From positions 49,724,001-49,788,000 of the forward strand of contig NW_025964361.1 of the NCBI RefSeq assembly GCF_023055435.1: a DNA stretch of 64,000 nucleotides, written 5' to 3'. Both the position numbers and the translations under genes were made by a program. Below the pieces are notes generated by a model. The model had not been told where the DNA came from and searched no databases. It saw only the letters and a program-made list of their open reading frames with translations. The DNA comes from Haliotis rufescens (Eukaryota). How positions within the stretch are numbered: position 1 is the stretch's first letter; each line of letters begins with the position of its first letter. Shown piece by piece: positions 1-10,909 of the stretch.

Positions 1-13
1 ACGATGTTGATTG

Positions 14-1790
14 TAAAACGTTTATTAAAGTGTTACATGCACAACATGTACAATATATAATTGACGCATAGCACAAAAGGTGTATGGAGTGCGTCCAGCC
101 AGACAAAGACACTATATACAACATAAACAAAATATATACATATATATAATGTGAGAGGTTGAAAATCTAGCTACGAATTCAGAAGACTCACAGGACACAA
201 TAAAGAACGAGAGAGCAAATTAAATAATCATGGTGACAACTGTCGTCTCTTAAACAAGGCGTTGCGGCAAGCAACTTTGGTAAAACGTTTGAATTCATTA
301 AATGAATAAATTTGTCTTCTTCGCATATCACATTAAACTTCAGGGTTTTTTTGAGCTGCGCAATATAAATCATACCGGAAATCATCATAAAACTGCTTTG
401 TAGTAAAAAGTGACATTTATCTCCCACCAAATCACAATCGCAATATTTACATAACCTTTCCGATAGATGTATAGAAGGTTTGGAACATCTACCTGTCTCA
501 ACAAACAAAGTGAGTGAGTGAGTGAGTTGGGTTTAACGCCGCTTTTAACAGTATTCCAGTTATATCACGGCGTGTGAGCTTAATGTGGGAGGAAAGCCCG
601 AAGTGATGCAGGTCTCAGACGTCTGCCACTTCGGTGAAACCTACGAGCACGGGTATGGTGCTGACAAACCTAGAAACATAATCTGGGCGAACCCGGATTC
701 GAACCCACAATCATAGGTTTCTGGCGTGCCCAAGGGAAGCAACTCTGCACAGCGAATCGCGGCGCCTTTGACGACTTGGCCACCCGTGCCCCCCTCAACA
801 AACAAAGGTAATATTCAACATCTAAACTTGGCTAAAAGACGGCGGTGGTCTCTATACATAATATTTTTAACATAGAAATCAACAGCAGGTGTAAACTTAA
901 ATTTTCTGCAAGTGCTTAACTTATTTCCATTTACATTACACTTAACATTCCAAAACGAAGTGTGAAAATTAACTACGTGATCCTGAAATAAAACGTTTTT
1001 CATATACCCAACACAGCATTTAACACCCAATTTGATTTCCAGTAAGAAGTGGTATAACATCCAAACAATCAGTGAATAATATCAGGCAGAAGCTCTTGCT
1101 GTTTTCTGAGTAACAGTAACTGAGCACCAGCCCATATCCCCTCTACTTGCAAGAACAGGTGCATGTTTACTTAAACCAAGATATATTCAGGCAGCCTTAT
1201 TTTGCACAACTTCAACTTCTTTAAAACTATGAAAGACCCATATACTGGCACCATAAAACAAAACTGGTTGTACCAGCGATTTATACAACTTCGTAAAAAA
1301 ACATAATGTGACATTCCAACAGCATAAATATACTTAGTGTACAGAGCAGATAACGCTCTACTAGCGGACTAACAAAGCTCTTTCACAGTCTTGTGCATGT
1401 CTAAATATTCTTTTAAACACAATCCTAAATGACGATAAGCGCTGTCATAAGAAATGTGAGTATTGTAAGAATAAAACTTATAACAAGATCTAAAAATAGA
1501 TTTATTTTCCGAAAACGGACAATTTTGATTTTGTCATTAATTCTTATACACCATTTTAAACACAAAGTACTTACAATATCTAACATATTTTGCAGATATT
1601 TTTTTATTTTGAGCTCATTATCAGCGTATAACAATATGGGTAACATTTCGTTATCCAGTGGTACACCCCATTTGAGAGTCGTTATCAACTTGGCAACATC
1701 ATTTATATAGAGAGAAAATAGAGTTGTGACAATTTGCAACCTTGCTTAGTACCCATGGAAACGTTAAAAGAGTCTGTTATGTAGTCAATC
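14..1790 (-). mobile_element. Degenerate non-LTR retrotransposon (LINE, CR1/L2-like) RT and 3' end, interrupted by a SINE
   Basis: Fragmented minus-strand ORFs carry RT motifs TLFSLYIND and LLYAD and the C-terminal LAKFRC...VETGR...ERLCKYC...VGDKCHF motif. AATAAA lies on the minus strand near position 21-26. Boundaries are approximate. Confidence 0.8.
511..793 (-). mobile_element. tRNA-derived SINE with 14-bp TSD
   Basis: Minus-strand head has A-box-like TGGCCAAGTCG and B-box GGTTCGAATCC, with a (GAGT)n tail. TSD CTCAACAAACAAAG at 497-510 and 794-807. The paralogous site at 24556-24569 is empty. Confidence 0.9.
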
Positions 1791-2280
1791 ACGCGTACTG
1801 CAACCTCACATCTTGATGTAGGGCTTCATTCACTCCTCAGGTGTTATGCAATGTTCAGTATAATAACCCTATGTTTACGAGAGTCTTTCAGCGTAGATTT
1901 AGCCTTCATAACTTCAGCTTTTGCTTCCAAAGAATCCATAGTTGCTCTGACCAAATGTCTAGGCCTCTTCCTTTCATTTTAACATTGTTTGCGTAGTTCC
2001 AGATCGTCAGGCAGAAGCGCCAACACCTTGTTCTTTGTCACTCGCGAATCCTTATCCTCGTGCGTGTGAACATTCAGGTTCTTTATGACTACAGAATTAT
2101 CAACAGCATTATACATTTGTTTCCCTTTTATAACCCCTCAGTATATTTGTTGGAAATCTTGTACCTTTCTTTCATATGCTTCGAACTTTCAGTCAATTTC
2201 CTCATGAACAGAACTAATCTCACTTTTGACATTCTTGTAAAGATATTAAATATATTGTATTAAACATCAAATGTTAAGCT

Positions 2281-4750
2281 TTAGAATAAGGCTGCGGGAT
2301 CAGCGTTGAGGATACGCTGACACAGATGTGTCCAGAACTGGGGGTGTTCCTCCACGTCAAGAATGTGTTCCTCTGAAACCACGTTGAGGAGAAAATGAGG
2401 AACTCGAGCTCTCGCTGCCAAGGACATATCGTTGTACAGAAGCAGGACCCGGTCCGTGATTGCGTTGTTCACGGACATCAGTCTGACAATAGACAGGACA
2501 GTAAAGTGTATCCACTCGTCTCTCAGGAAGTTCTCTGTAAGCACGATAACAATCTTCCAGCTTCTCGACAAAGCATCAATGGTCACTTCAGCCTTGGGAT
2601 ACCCTACAGGGTCATGTAAGTCGGGCAGGTACAGTCTTATACCAGGGGAGACGTTTTGGAGCTCCTTGAAGAGACAGTGACATGGCCATTGATACTCAGC
2701 ATTTTCATAGCATATGTAGGCATCATAATCAAAATCCTCCCTTTGTGGTCGGCGTCTTGGGTTATAACCAAGCATATCCAATACATGGTGTTCTATTTTG
2801 GGGAAATATTTCTTGAAAAGAAATGCTACAAGTAAAGACAACAGTGCAATCAAGTTTCCAACTATGGCCACCGCCAACCAGAACTGACCAACACATGTTC
2901 TCCACTGAAATGTCCTGCTTGCATAAAAGGTAGCTGTATCAGACAACGTTCCATCACCAAGGATGCAGCTGTAGTTAAAAGTAGTCTAAAGTGACATCGG
3001 TTTCCAGTAACCATTGTATGAAGTGAAGAGTTCCACAGCTGCAGCTGAAGATGTTGCCTGTTAGGTAGAGGTAGAACGAACCGTTATTCACAACAAAGTC
3101 ATCGAGCATTGTCTGTTGCTGTTTACTGATGACTGACAGGGAATTCGATGTCATATCCAAATGTTTTAGCCTAGCCATCATCAGGATTTCTTCTGGTACG
3201 TCATCCAGTCGATTTCGTGCAAGAGAAAGGTTTTCCAATTTGTTAAAGTTTCTCAATGTATTTTTGTTGATAAGTTGTAGATTATTGCCTGACAAATCGA
3301 GTCTTGTTAGTTTTGGCATGACATGGAAAAAAGGTTCAGATGGGGACACAAACATGTCTTCATCTGACGTCACATCGTGAACAAGCAATATTTGGAGATT
3401 CGTCACCATGTTGGTGTTGTTGAAAACATTCTGACTGATCTTCATATGGGATATGTCCAAGAGTTTCAGGTTTTTACAGCATTCTAAATATGACGGAATG
3501 TCTAAAAGATCATTTCTAGAGATATCTAACACAGATAGATGATCGCTTTGTGTCAGTGTTAAACTGATATACAGATGGTTAGAACTGGAACATCTGCTGA
3601 GGTTTACATAACTTAGATTAGGAGGTATGGGAAAATACACCCCTCCTCGTTTTGTGGTATTATATTTGTTACTGAGAGAAAAGATCAATTTTGTACCCCG
3701 AGACAAATCCAGATATTTCAGATTTTCCATCATGTACATATTTTTTGCAGCAGGGAGCAATTTCCCATTCAACAAGTTTCGAGACAAGTCTAGATATACG
3801 ATACATCTTACGAAAGTCGAATTGGTTATGGCATTATCATCAACTCGTGTAATCTTATTATGAGACACGTCTAGCTTTTTCACACATATATCTGCAAGAT
3901 AACCGAACATCTCCTCTGTTAGAGTCACACTGCTTTCTCCTGTGGTAACAACTCGAGACAGTATTATTTCCTCCATATTTCTTCCAGCCAAACACTGAAG
4001 AGCTCTTGTTATGGAGACGAACTTGGTCGTGCTTCCATGCGAGAGGCCAATTAGCAAATTGGTTAGGTTCTTAAAAGGACAAAATGCTCCTGCTTCTATA
4101 TTTCTAACAACACTGTTGAAATTTAATATTTTAAGTGGAATATCACGCAAAGCTTGAAAGGTTGTGTTTCCAATAACAGGTATACCTATGGTTTTGATAT
4201 TCAGAAGTGTGAGGGTGTCTTTCAACTGTTCTAGTTGAGGCCATTTTCCGTCTTTAGGCCAGGAGTTAATACGAAGCTCTTCTAGACTTTTTAGACCTTG
4301 GACGATATCAGTAGGGAATTGTCCTTCGTTATTTATACTTCCTAACAGAACCAATTGCCTCAGACTAACCAAATACTGGAACAGTCCATCTGGGTATGTT
4401 GTCGTGTCCAATGAAAGCGTGTCACAAGACATTTCCAAGACTTCCAGTTTACCAAGACCTTTGAAAGCATCTCTCTGCAGTATCTTTAGCGGATTGGCAC
4501 TCAGATAAAGGAATCTGAGGTTACTTAAAGTGCTAAAACTGTTGTTGGATATTCGGGTGAGAAGATTATCTTGTAAATCCAAACCTACAATGTCCTTTGG
4601 AAGATCTGATGGCACTTGAGTGAGATTCTGTCTTTGACAGTCGGTGACGTTACCCTGGTAGGCTGCACTAAAACTGGTGTGACAGCCACTGACAGAGATG
4701 CATGTTGCATCCGTCATCAGCAGGAGAAACATAAACATTTCCACGTGCAT
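2281..4750 (-). pseudogene. Toll-like receptor TLR-A (LRR-TM-TIR), frameshifted within the LRRCT
   Basis: ORFs 2975-4807 (LRRNT, LRRs, start of LRRCT) and 2281-2946 (TM, TIR) are collinear with intact TLR-B. Near 2976-2984 the plus-strand ACCATGGTGA is replaced by AAAAGTAG (net -2 nt), giving a stop. Likely ATG at 4750 (MHVEMFMFLLL, signal-peptide-like); the ORF-track start at 4807 is a GTG. Confidence 0.9.
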
Positions 4751-4755
4751 TATTT

Positions 4756-6365
4756 CTGAAACACAATGACAGCACATTAAGAGGAAGAAAGTCAACTGTA
4801 TAGACACATTTATTATGGATTAATGAATTAATTTGACTTAAGATCACGTTAAAACTTGCATGTTAAGGGAGTGAGCGAGTTGGGTTTAAGGCCGCTTTGA
4901 ACAGTCTTACAGCTATATAATGGCGTGTCAGCTTGATGTGGGGATTGGAACCCATGATCATTGTTTTTGTAGGTGTTTTTGTTTGTTTGTTGCTTAGCAC
5001 CGCACTCAGCAATAGTCCAGCTATAGTCCAGCTATATGATGTCGGTCTGTAAATAATAAAGTCGGGACCAGACAACCCTGTGATTGTTTTGGGGTGTCAC
5101 AAAGGGACTCAATTCAATTGCGGTGCCTCAGACGACTGCATGTTACATGTTGCGCGTTGCATGTTAAGAAGTTACATGATCACATAAAATACCAATCAAA
5201 ACAAATAACATTGAACTGAGCTTGTGAAAAACTTGCAGATAAACGAAAACAAATTTTGTCAGTGATTGTTTTCTAAAATGTAATGATTTAAAATTCTGAC
5301 AAGAAATACCACTATTACAAAATTGTTAAAATTTAAAAAAAAACCCACACAAACATTACACGTTGTTAGGATTCGCCTACTGATTTTAACGTATTTCCAA
5401 TATCAACGAATATATCTAAAATTTACTTCGTGCTAAACAAACTTAGTTTTTATTTGATATTCACATTCTTTTAATTCTATATGTTTCAGTATTCTTTTTG
5501 TTTAATAAAGTCAAACGTTATAAAATTGCCTTCCTTCTGGAACCACTTCACCATCAATACACCACTGGTTTGTATGACCTGTTAAAATCCGGTGTGTCTT
5601 TATATGAGGGAATTCAAAACATAAACGCTTGAGAAGATATTCTACAAATGCTGTCAAGCGAGAAACATTTCTCTTTTGCTATGTAAGTTGAGCGCCCATT
5701 GTTCGCACCTGAAACAAACTTACATAACAACTTGACGGGTGCTCGATGAATGTTGCCCATACAAAACTCTTAAGAGTTGTAAGAATAGATCTTCTCAAGG
5801 CATGCTGGTCAACTCATGTGTTTTCCCCGCAATACACCAAAATATACTAGCGTGACCTTCAATATACTTGAGAAAATACACCAATTCCAACCTAGGATCA
5901 CCAATCATTCTAAATTGACAAGAGTTCGTAAAATATTAGAGCATGTCCAGTATTTCTGTCTATCTCCGTCACTCAGTGTATCTGTCTTCCTGACTCTGTG
6001 TCTCTCTGTACCTACATGTGGCTGTCTCTCACTTCAAATATTTCGTACGATCTATTATGTTTCTTTATAACATGTTACGAGCCGATGTTCATCACACTGA
6101 TCATGATGTACTACGCAATTAAGGCACATATATTTGACACAGACACATGCATATACACTCACTGATACAGCGTACAGGTAACTGGCTATTTAGCTCTCTT
6201 TGTCTACCTATTAATGAATAATGAGTTTTGGTAAAAATCGTGACCTTTTACTTAATATCTATATCATCATTACCAAAACATGTTCAAATGATTTTTTATA
6301 TAAATATCGTTTAGATGAGCAAACACTAACCTAATGTTTAGTAAATATATCATTTGTCTACTTAC
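4756..6365 (-). other. Putative 5'-UTR intron of TLR-A
   Basis: Acceptor TGTGTTTCAG lies 5 nt before the ATG and donor GTAAGT at 6360-6365. Both are conserved in the TLR-B (donor 30205-30210) and TLR-C (donor 56457-56462) paralogs. No transcript evidence. Confidence 0.55.
4866..5085 (-). mobile_element. Two adjacent SINE-like 3' fragments (also at ~28678-28895 and ~54953-55170)
   Basis: GAGTGAGCGAGTTGGGTTTAA... resembles the tail of the 511-793 SINE. The second fragment (GGTCTGTAAATAAT..AGTC.GGACCAGACAA) resembles the repeat at ~8723-8885 and ~59176. Confidence 0.55.
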
Positions 6366-6429
6366 CAAACTTGTCCAGTATTTCAGACGGATAATTATCA
6401 TGATAATAGGCATCACTAGGTGATCATGG

Positions 6430-6518
6430 TTCCGGGAATGCTGACTTGTTTGTCTGATTGGCTAATGATGTCGGCTAAAGAATATCACGCTGAAAGTAAC
6501 ACCACAATGCATGAGTCA
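6430..6518 (-). promoter_or_regulatory. Putative TLR-A promoter: STAT/GAS site, CCAAT box and AP-1 site
   Basis: TTCCGGGAA at 6430-6438, TAGCCAATCAG on the minus strand (core 6457-6461) and TGAGTCA at 6512-6518, all just upstream of the putative first-exon donor. Motif match only. Confidence 0.45.
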
Positions 6519-6812
6519 TGCTTGGAGACAGGATAGACACGAGTCTCGTCAACTGGCTCGGCTAATATACAATGAAATGTTTGAAAGGGTGTGTGAAGGA
6601 AATACGATCTGTACCTGTAGTAAGTAGATTTATTATCGTTTGTTAAATGTCGATATGACATGGACTTAGCTGATGTGTAACAATGACGGTGTATGTGTTG
6701 GTGGTCATGAATGTATGTACACGATATTTAAGGGTGGAGCCCGAGACAAATATAACACCGACACTATAATTAAGACACCGGAGAAGATATTTGGAACAAC
6801 AACTTTACCCAA

Positions 6813-7000
6813 GACCAGATAATCCAGTGATTAATATCATGAGCATCGATCCACGCAATTGGGATTGATGACATGCATCGACCAAGTCAGGCAAGCCTGA
6901 CCACCCGATCTCAGTAGTCGCGTCTTACGACAAGCATAGTCGCCTTTTACAGCAAGCATGGGTTGCTGAAGACCTGTTCTTCCCCGGATCTTCACGGGTC
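6813..7000 (-). mobile_element. SINE-like dispersed repeat (GACCCGTGAAGATCCGGG head); paralogs at 30681-30867 and 56921-57106
   Basis: Diverged related copies occur at ~8723-8885, ~32594-32756 and ~59176-59355, so it is a dispersed repeat family. Confidence 0.6.
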
Positions 7001-7172
7001 AAGACGAAAATGAAGGGATATTTAAAGCAAAAGGGTATCCCCTGTCTCCCTTAATTAGACCAGGTCTTCCTGTGCTGGACGTGTGATTCGTACTCTCATT
7101 ATCTCTACCTGGATGAACTACAAGATCTGGTCAGTGATTATAACCACATTATACGTTAGTCGCACCTTCGCC

Positions 7173-8600
7173 GTTGTAGGGGATTTATTCTTGAATATCG
7201 AAAGGGTCATGGTAACAGTTTATGTGGATTTTCATCAGACGATTTCACATTAAAGGAAACTGACAGACTGCGAATGAACCAGAACAAATATATCCTGGAG
7301 AAGGCGGCTGTTTCAAATGTCATAGTCAGCTACCGTAAGATTCAAACATTAGTTCCCTGAGAATGGGAATTGCAATATTAGGATTTCCCGACATTCCGTA
7401 GTAATAAAGTAGTACGCCTCGGTGGGCATGGCTTAGTATTTCACATTCATTGGGAAATGAATGCAATAACACGTGACCAAATCAGCTTATCAGAATGCAG
7501 GATTTACTATGAACACAATTTTTTTTTAATATTAGCACATTACAACCTACAGATGACAATGCTTCTGGCTCTGATAATGCCATAGCGGAGTTTACTTTGT
7601 AAATGTTAAGCAGCCATGCTATATTGTGAACTTATTTTCTATATTCTGTTTGAAAGATCCTATTTTCTTGGGAATTTGATGACTGGTTTTCTTGTTTCGA
7701 TTTACAAACAGGTGGCCGCAAATGTTGTAAATAGTTGTAGTGGAACAACTCTTCTTACCATATTTAGTAAATTATTTACAGACATCGTCAAGAAGAGGTT
7801 TGTAGTCTAGGCAGATACCTTCGAAAATATAAGTGTCACAAGCTGGGTTTTGAAAGGGTATTTTACAAATGGCGACGGTTTAATCCTAACCCTACTAAAA
7901 TACAGAGATATTTATCAGTAAAGGGAAATAATGTAGTTGACTCTGTGAAAAGAATCAATATGTGATTACTTTATCAAAGACATTTTGGAAAATAGATTCT
8001 TTTGTATGTGTATAATAATGAGAGGTTAGGTTTTCGAAGTGTATCAGAAATGTTTACAGGCACCATCGGTGTCCGCCAGGGATGTATACTATGTCTTTTT
8101 CTATTTCCATTTTTCATGACTGATTTAGTATATCAAATTCATAGTAATTGCATAGATAGTAATTAATAACACCCCGAAGCTATTATATTATTTTGCCTCT
8201 CCTTTCTGATGGCATAGCATATGGTCTCGAGCACGATACCTTGTTTACAAAGGTAAATACATGCATTAGAGCGTTATTGTGAAGAAGCGAAAACTACTGT
8301 CCATACAGAAAGAAATCAATGTAGTAGTCCTTGAAAGTGGTGCTAACTCATATAGAAAGAGAAAGGGTGTTGTGGAGGGCCATCTTTGGAAAAATAAGTC
8401 CTCGTATTTTTAAATACCTCGGACATTTGAGACTTAGACAATTTTGATGTTATTGAAAATAGGTACACTTATTACAAGTGAAAAAAGGTTTTGACTGTGA
8501 AACCTAGAACTCAAATTACAATGGTACATGGCAAGTGTGGAAGGTTGTCGATGTATGAATGAAGTTACATTACATACTGGGTCAACATATTAAATGTGTT
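7173..8600 (+). mobile_element. Highly degenerate LINE (RT) relic
   Basis: GVRQGCIL..FLF RT motif at ~8068 (in ORF 31854-32036 of the paralog). The older paralog also keeps an endonuclease-like VIGDLNAR at ~57611. Boundaries are approximate. Confidence 0.55.
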
Positions 8601-9652
8601 ACCTAGAAGATATTCATATGTCATAAAATAAATATTATGTTTAATTATTATGAATGACAGCACAATGTACTAGGCCCTCGCTGTCATCAATGTCAGGAAT
8701 AAATATTGACTGTCAATTACGACTGTCTGTTATTAATCGAGTCTGGAACAAACAGTCCATTGATTGACATTATGAACATCGATCTACGCTTTTGGAATAC
8801 GATGTCAGCGAGCTTGATCACCCGATTCCGTTTGTATGCTCTTAGGACAAGCATGGCGATTTTAACCCGGATCTTCACGTGGTTCAATGACAATATTTAC
8901 TCATCATGAACTTTATTCCTTTAATATGTATCCGGGGCCAAGTATCACAGCAAATTAAGTGTCACGTGAGATCTGACCTTCTTATGCCTGACCAATCAAT
9001 TGAATAGGTTTTGTGGTCCATAAAAAATCTGTAGTCAGTATAGTTACAGGATCGTTGATCCACATAATATGAACAGTTTGTGATAGATTTGTGATTTCAA
9101 ACCTTTATTCTTATTTGTCAGAGTTATTGGCTCAAAAGTAGTGGAGTCACATTGGAATTTGATTCGGTATTGTGTGCAGTTAAAATTAGCGGAATCAGTG
9201 GTTGGTTATCCAATGTACAGGTTCAATGCCATCTGTCTGATATTTAGCTCATATTACATGTAAAAACCGTGAAAGGACAGCATTGCGACGCGAGTGAGGT
9301 TAAATCTCACATCAAACATCATCGACGTTCTTCTTGTGGAAGGTGGACCACTTAATAGGGCACATGGGAGGCAGGTAAGCAGCATTAGCGGGGGATTTCA
9401 GCTGGAGGGGTTAGGACGCTCGGAAGCTTGATTCCAAGAGATTCCAGGTTCCGGCCGATATAAAACACAGCTTCACAGTTTACAAAACGCTTCTGTTCAC
9501 ACATCGGCGTATGGGTACCCGGAAGGATGATATTGTCAACTGATTGATGTCTGCCATACATCGTTGGTTGTAGACTTATGTGGAAGCAAGAGAAGAAATT
9601 TGTATTCTCACTGACCCACTGATGCGTCGACAGAAGTAATAACTTTATTAAC

Positions 9653-10045
9653 AGTAGATAGAAAGTAATACCTTCCGGACAAAAGCATTCCTGTGGAGCG
9701 TGGAGTACCAACAAAAGCATTCCTGTGGAGCATAGAATTTCCAACAAATTCCTGTGGAGCATAGACTTTCCAACAAAAGCATTCCTGGGGAGCATAGAAT
9801 TTCCAACAAAAGCATTCCTGTTACCTTCCGGACAAAAGCAGTCCTGTGGAGCGTGGAATTTCCAACAAAAGCATTCCTGTGGAGCGTGGAATTTCCAACA
9901 AAAGCATTCCTGTGGAACGTGGAATTTCCAAGAAAAGCATTCCTGTGGAGCAGCATTTCTATGGAGCGTAGAGTAAAGAAACAAACAAAAGCATTCTTGT
10001 GAAGCATACCATAGAGGCCAGTCAATACCTTTCACACAATAGAAG
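9653..10045 (+). repeat. Left terminal inverted repeat with 33-bp tandem subrepeats
   Basis: Imperfect reverse complement of 19396-19679. Subrepeat unit CAAAAGCATTCCTGTGGAGCGTGGAATTTCCAA. Confidence 0.9.
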
Positions 10046-10270
10046 TTAACAATAACATTCCAGGATCAACGTTTCAACCACTAATAAAATGTATGTTGCG
10101 ACGAATACTCAGTAACCAATGAAACGCTAAAGGAAGTCAAGGTACACTAATGAAATTCAACTTTATAGAAGTTAAGCTGTGTTTAACTGTTGAAGCTTTC
10201 ATTCGAGCTTAAACAGCGATCTTGTCAACAAGACGAAATCTTCACGCCAGTATACATCTTGAATCTGATC

Positions 10271-10780
10271 ATGGGAACCCGAACAACTGACAAGTTTGTA
10301 TTTTTTTACACCAGAACTTCAGTGTTTAGTCAACATTTTTCTACTGAGATTGTTATCCAAGGAATAGCATTTAACTGTGCTGAGCAGTATTACATGTATA
10401 AAAAAGCTTGTATGTTCAGAGATTGGGAAACTGCGCATAAGATTTTAAAGTGTGTTTCTGCCACCGAACAAAAACGTTTAGGTAGAAGTGTGAGATGTTT
10501 TAATCAATGCCAATGGGATGCTGTGAGTTCCAATGTGGTGTATGCAGCATCTTCAGCTAAATTCACAAAGTCTGTTTTTCTGAAGAAACAACTGTTAGAC
10601 ACTTTTCCCAAGATCTTGGTACAAGCGAGTCCGTATGATCGTGTGTGGGGTGTGGGTCTATCACTGCATGACCCTAATATTCTTAATCCATCTAAATGGA
10701 AAGGCAGCAATAGACTTGGTCAGATCTTAATGATGGTTAGAAATGAAATAATGAACACAGAGCCAAGTGAAAACTTATGA
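10271..10780 (+). CDS. NADAR/YbiA-family (DUF1768) hydrolase, Maverick cargo gene
   Basis: Motifs FFY...FSQ, FNCAEQYYMYKKA, QKRLGR, LVQASPYDRVWGVG and KWKGSNRLGQILMMVR. ATG at 10271, 169 aa. The usual E of EASP reads Q here. Confidence 0.88.
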   Translation: MGTRTTDKFVFFYTRTSVFSQHFSTEIVIQGIAFNCAEQYYMYKKACMFRDWETAHKILKCVSATEQKRLGRSVRCFNQCQWDAVSSNVVYAASSAKFTKSVFLKKQLLDTFPKILVQASPYDRVWGVGLSLHDPNILNPSKWKGSNRLGQILMMVRNEIMNTEPSENL

Positions 10781-10909
10781 CTTTAAATGTGTTACAGTGA
10801 TGTAACTTGCTATTTTGAACAGAGGCAAGAAAACTACATTCTACTCGTGGAAGCAGGTCATGCGGATGCCACACACTCTAAATGAGCCAGTCATAACAAG
10901 ATTGCCTGA

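Noticed and set aside
2395-3863. Plus-strand ORFs antisense to the TLRs, and minus-strand ORFs antisense to MCP, INT and BIR
   Set aside because: They are shadow ORFs with no motifs; their recurrence only reflects the duplication.
4751-4807. N-terminal extension MSIQLTFFLLMCCHCVSEI of the TLRs
   Set aside because: It starts at GTG and spans a pyrimidine tract and acceptor AG, so it is probably intronic. The downstream ATG gives a plausible signal peptide.
5765-5778. 14-bp palindrome AACTCTTAAGAGTT
   Set aside because: A short AT-rich palindrome in a putative intron with no supporting context; plausible by chance.
5816-6070. 84-aa ORF recurring in all three TLR 5' regions
   Set aside because: No recognisable domain, includes CT-rich low-complexity sequence, and its conservation is explained by recent duplication.
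9385-10035. Repetitive Cys/Trp ORFs (HAPQECFCWKF)n on both strands, also at 19490-19684, 33541-33933 and 43390-43584
   Set aside because: These are translations of the 33-bp TIR subrepeats and cross the element boundary.
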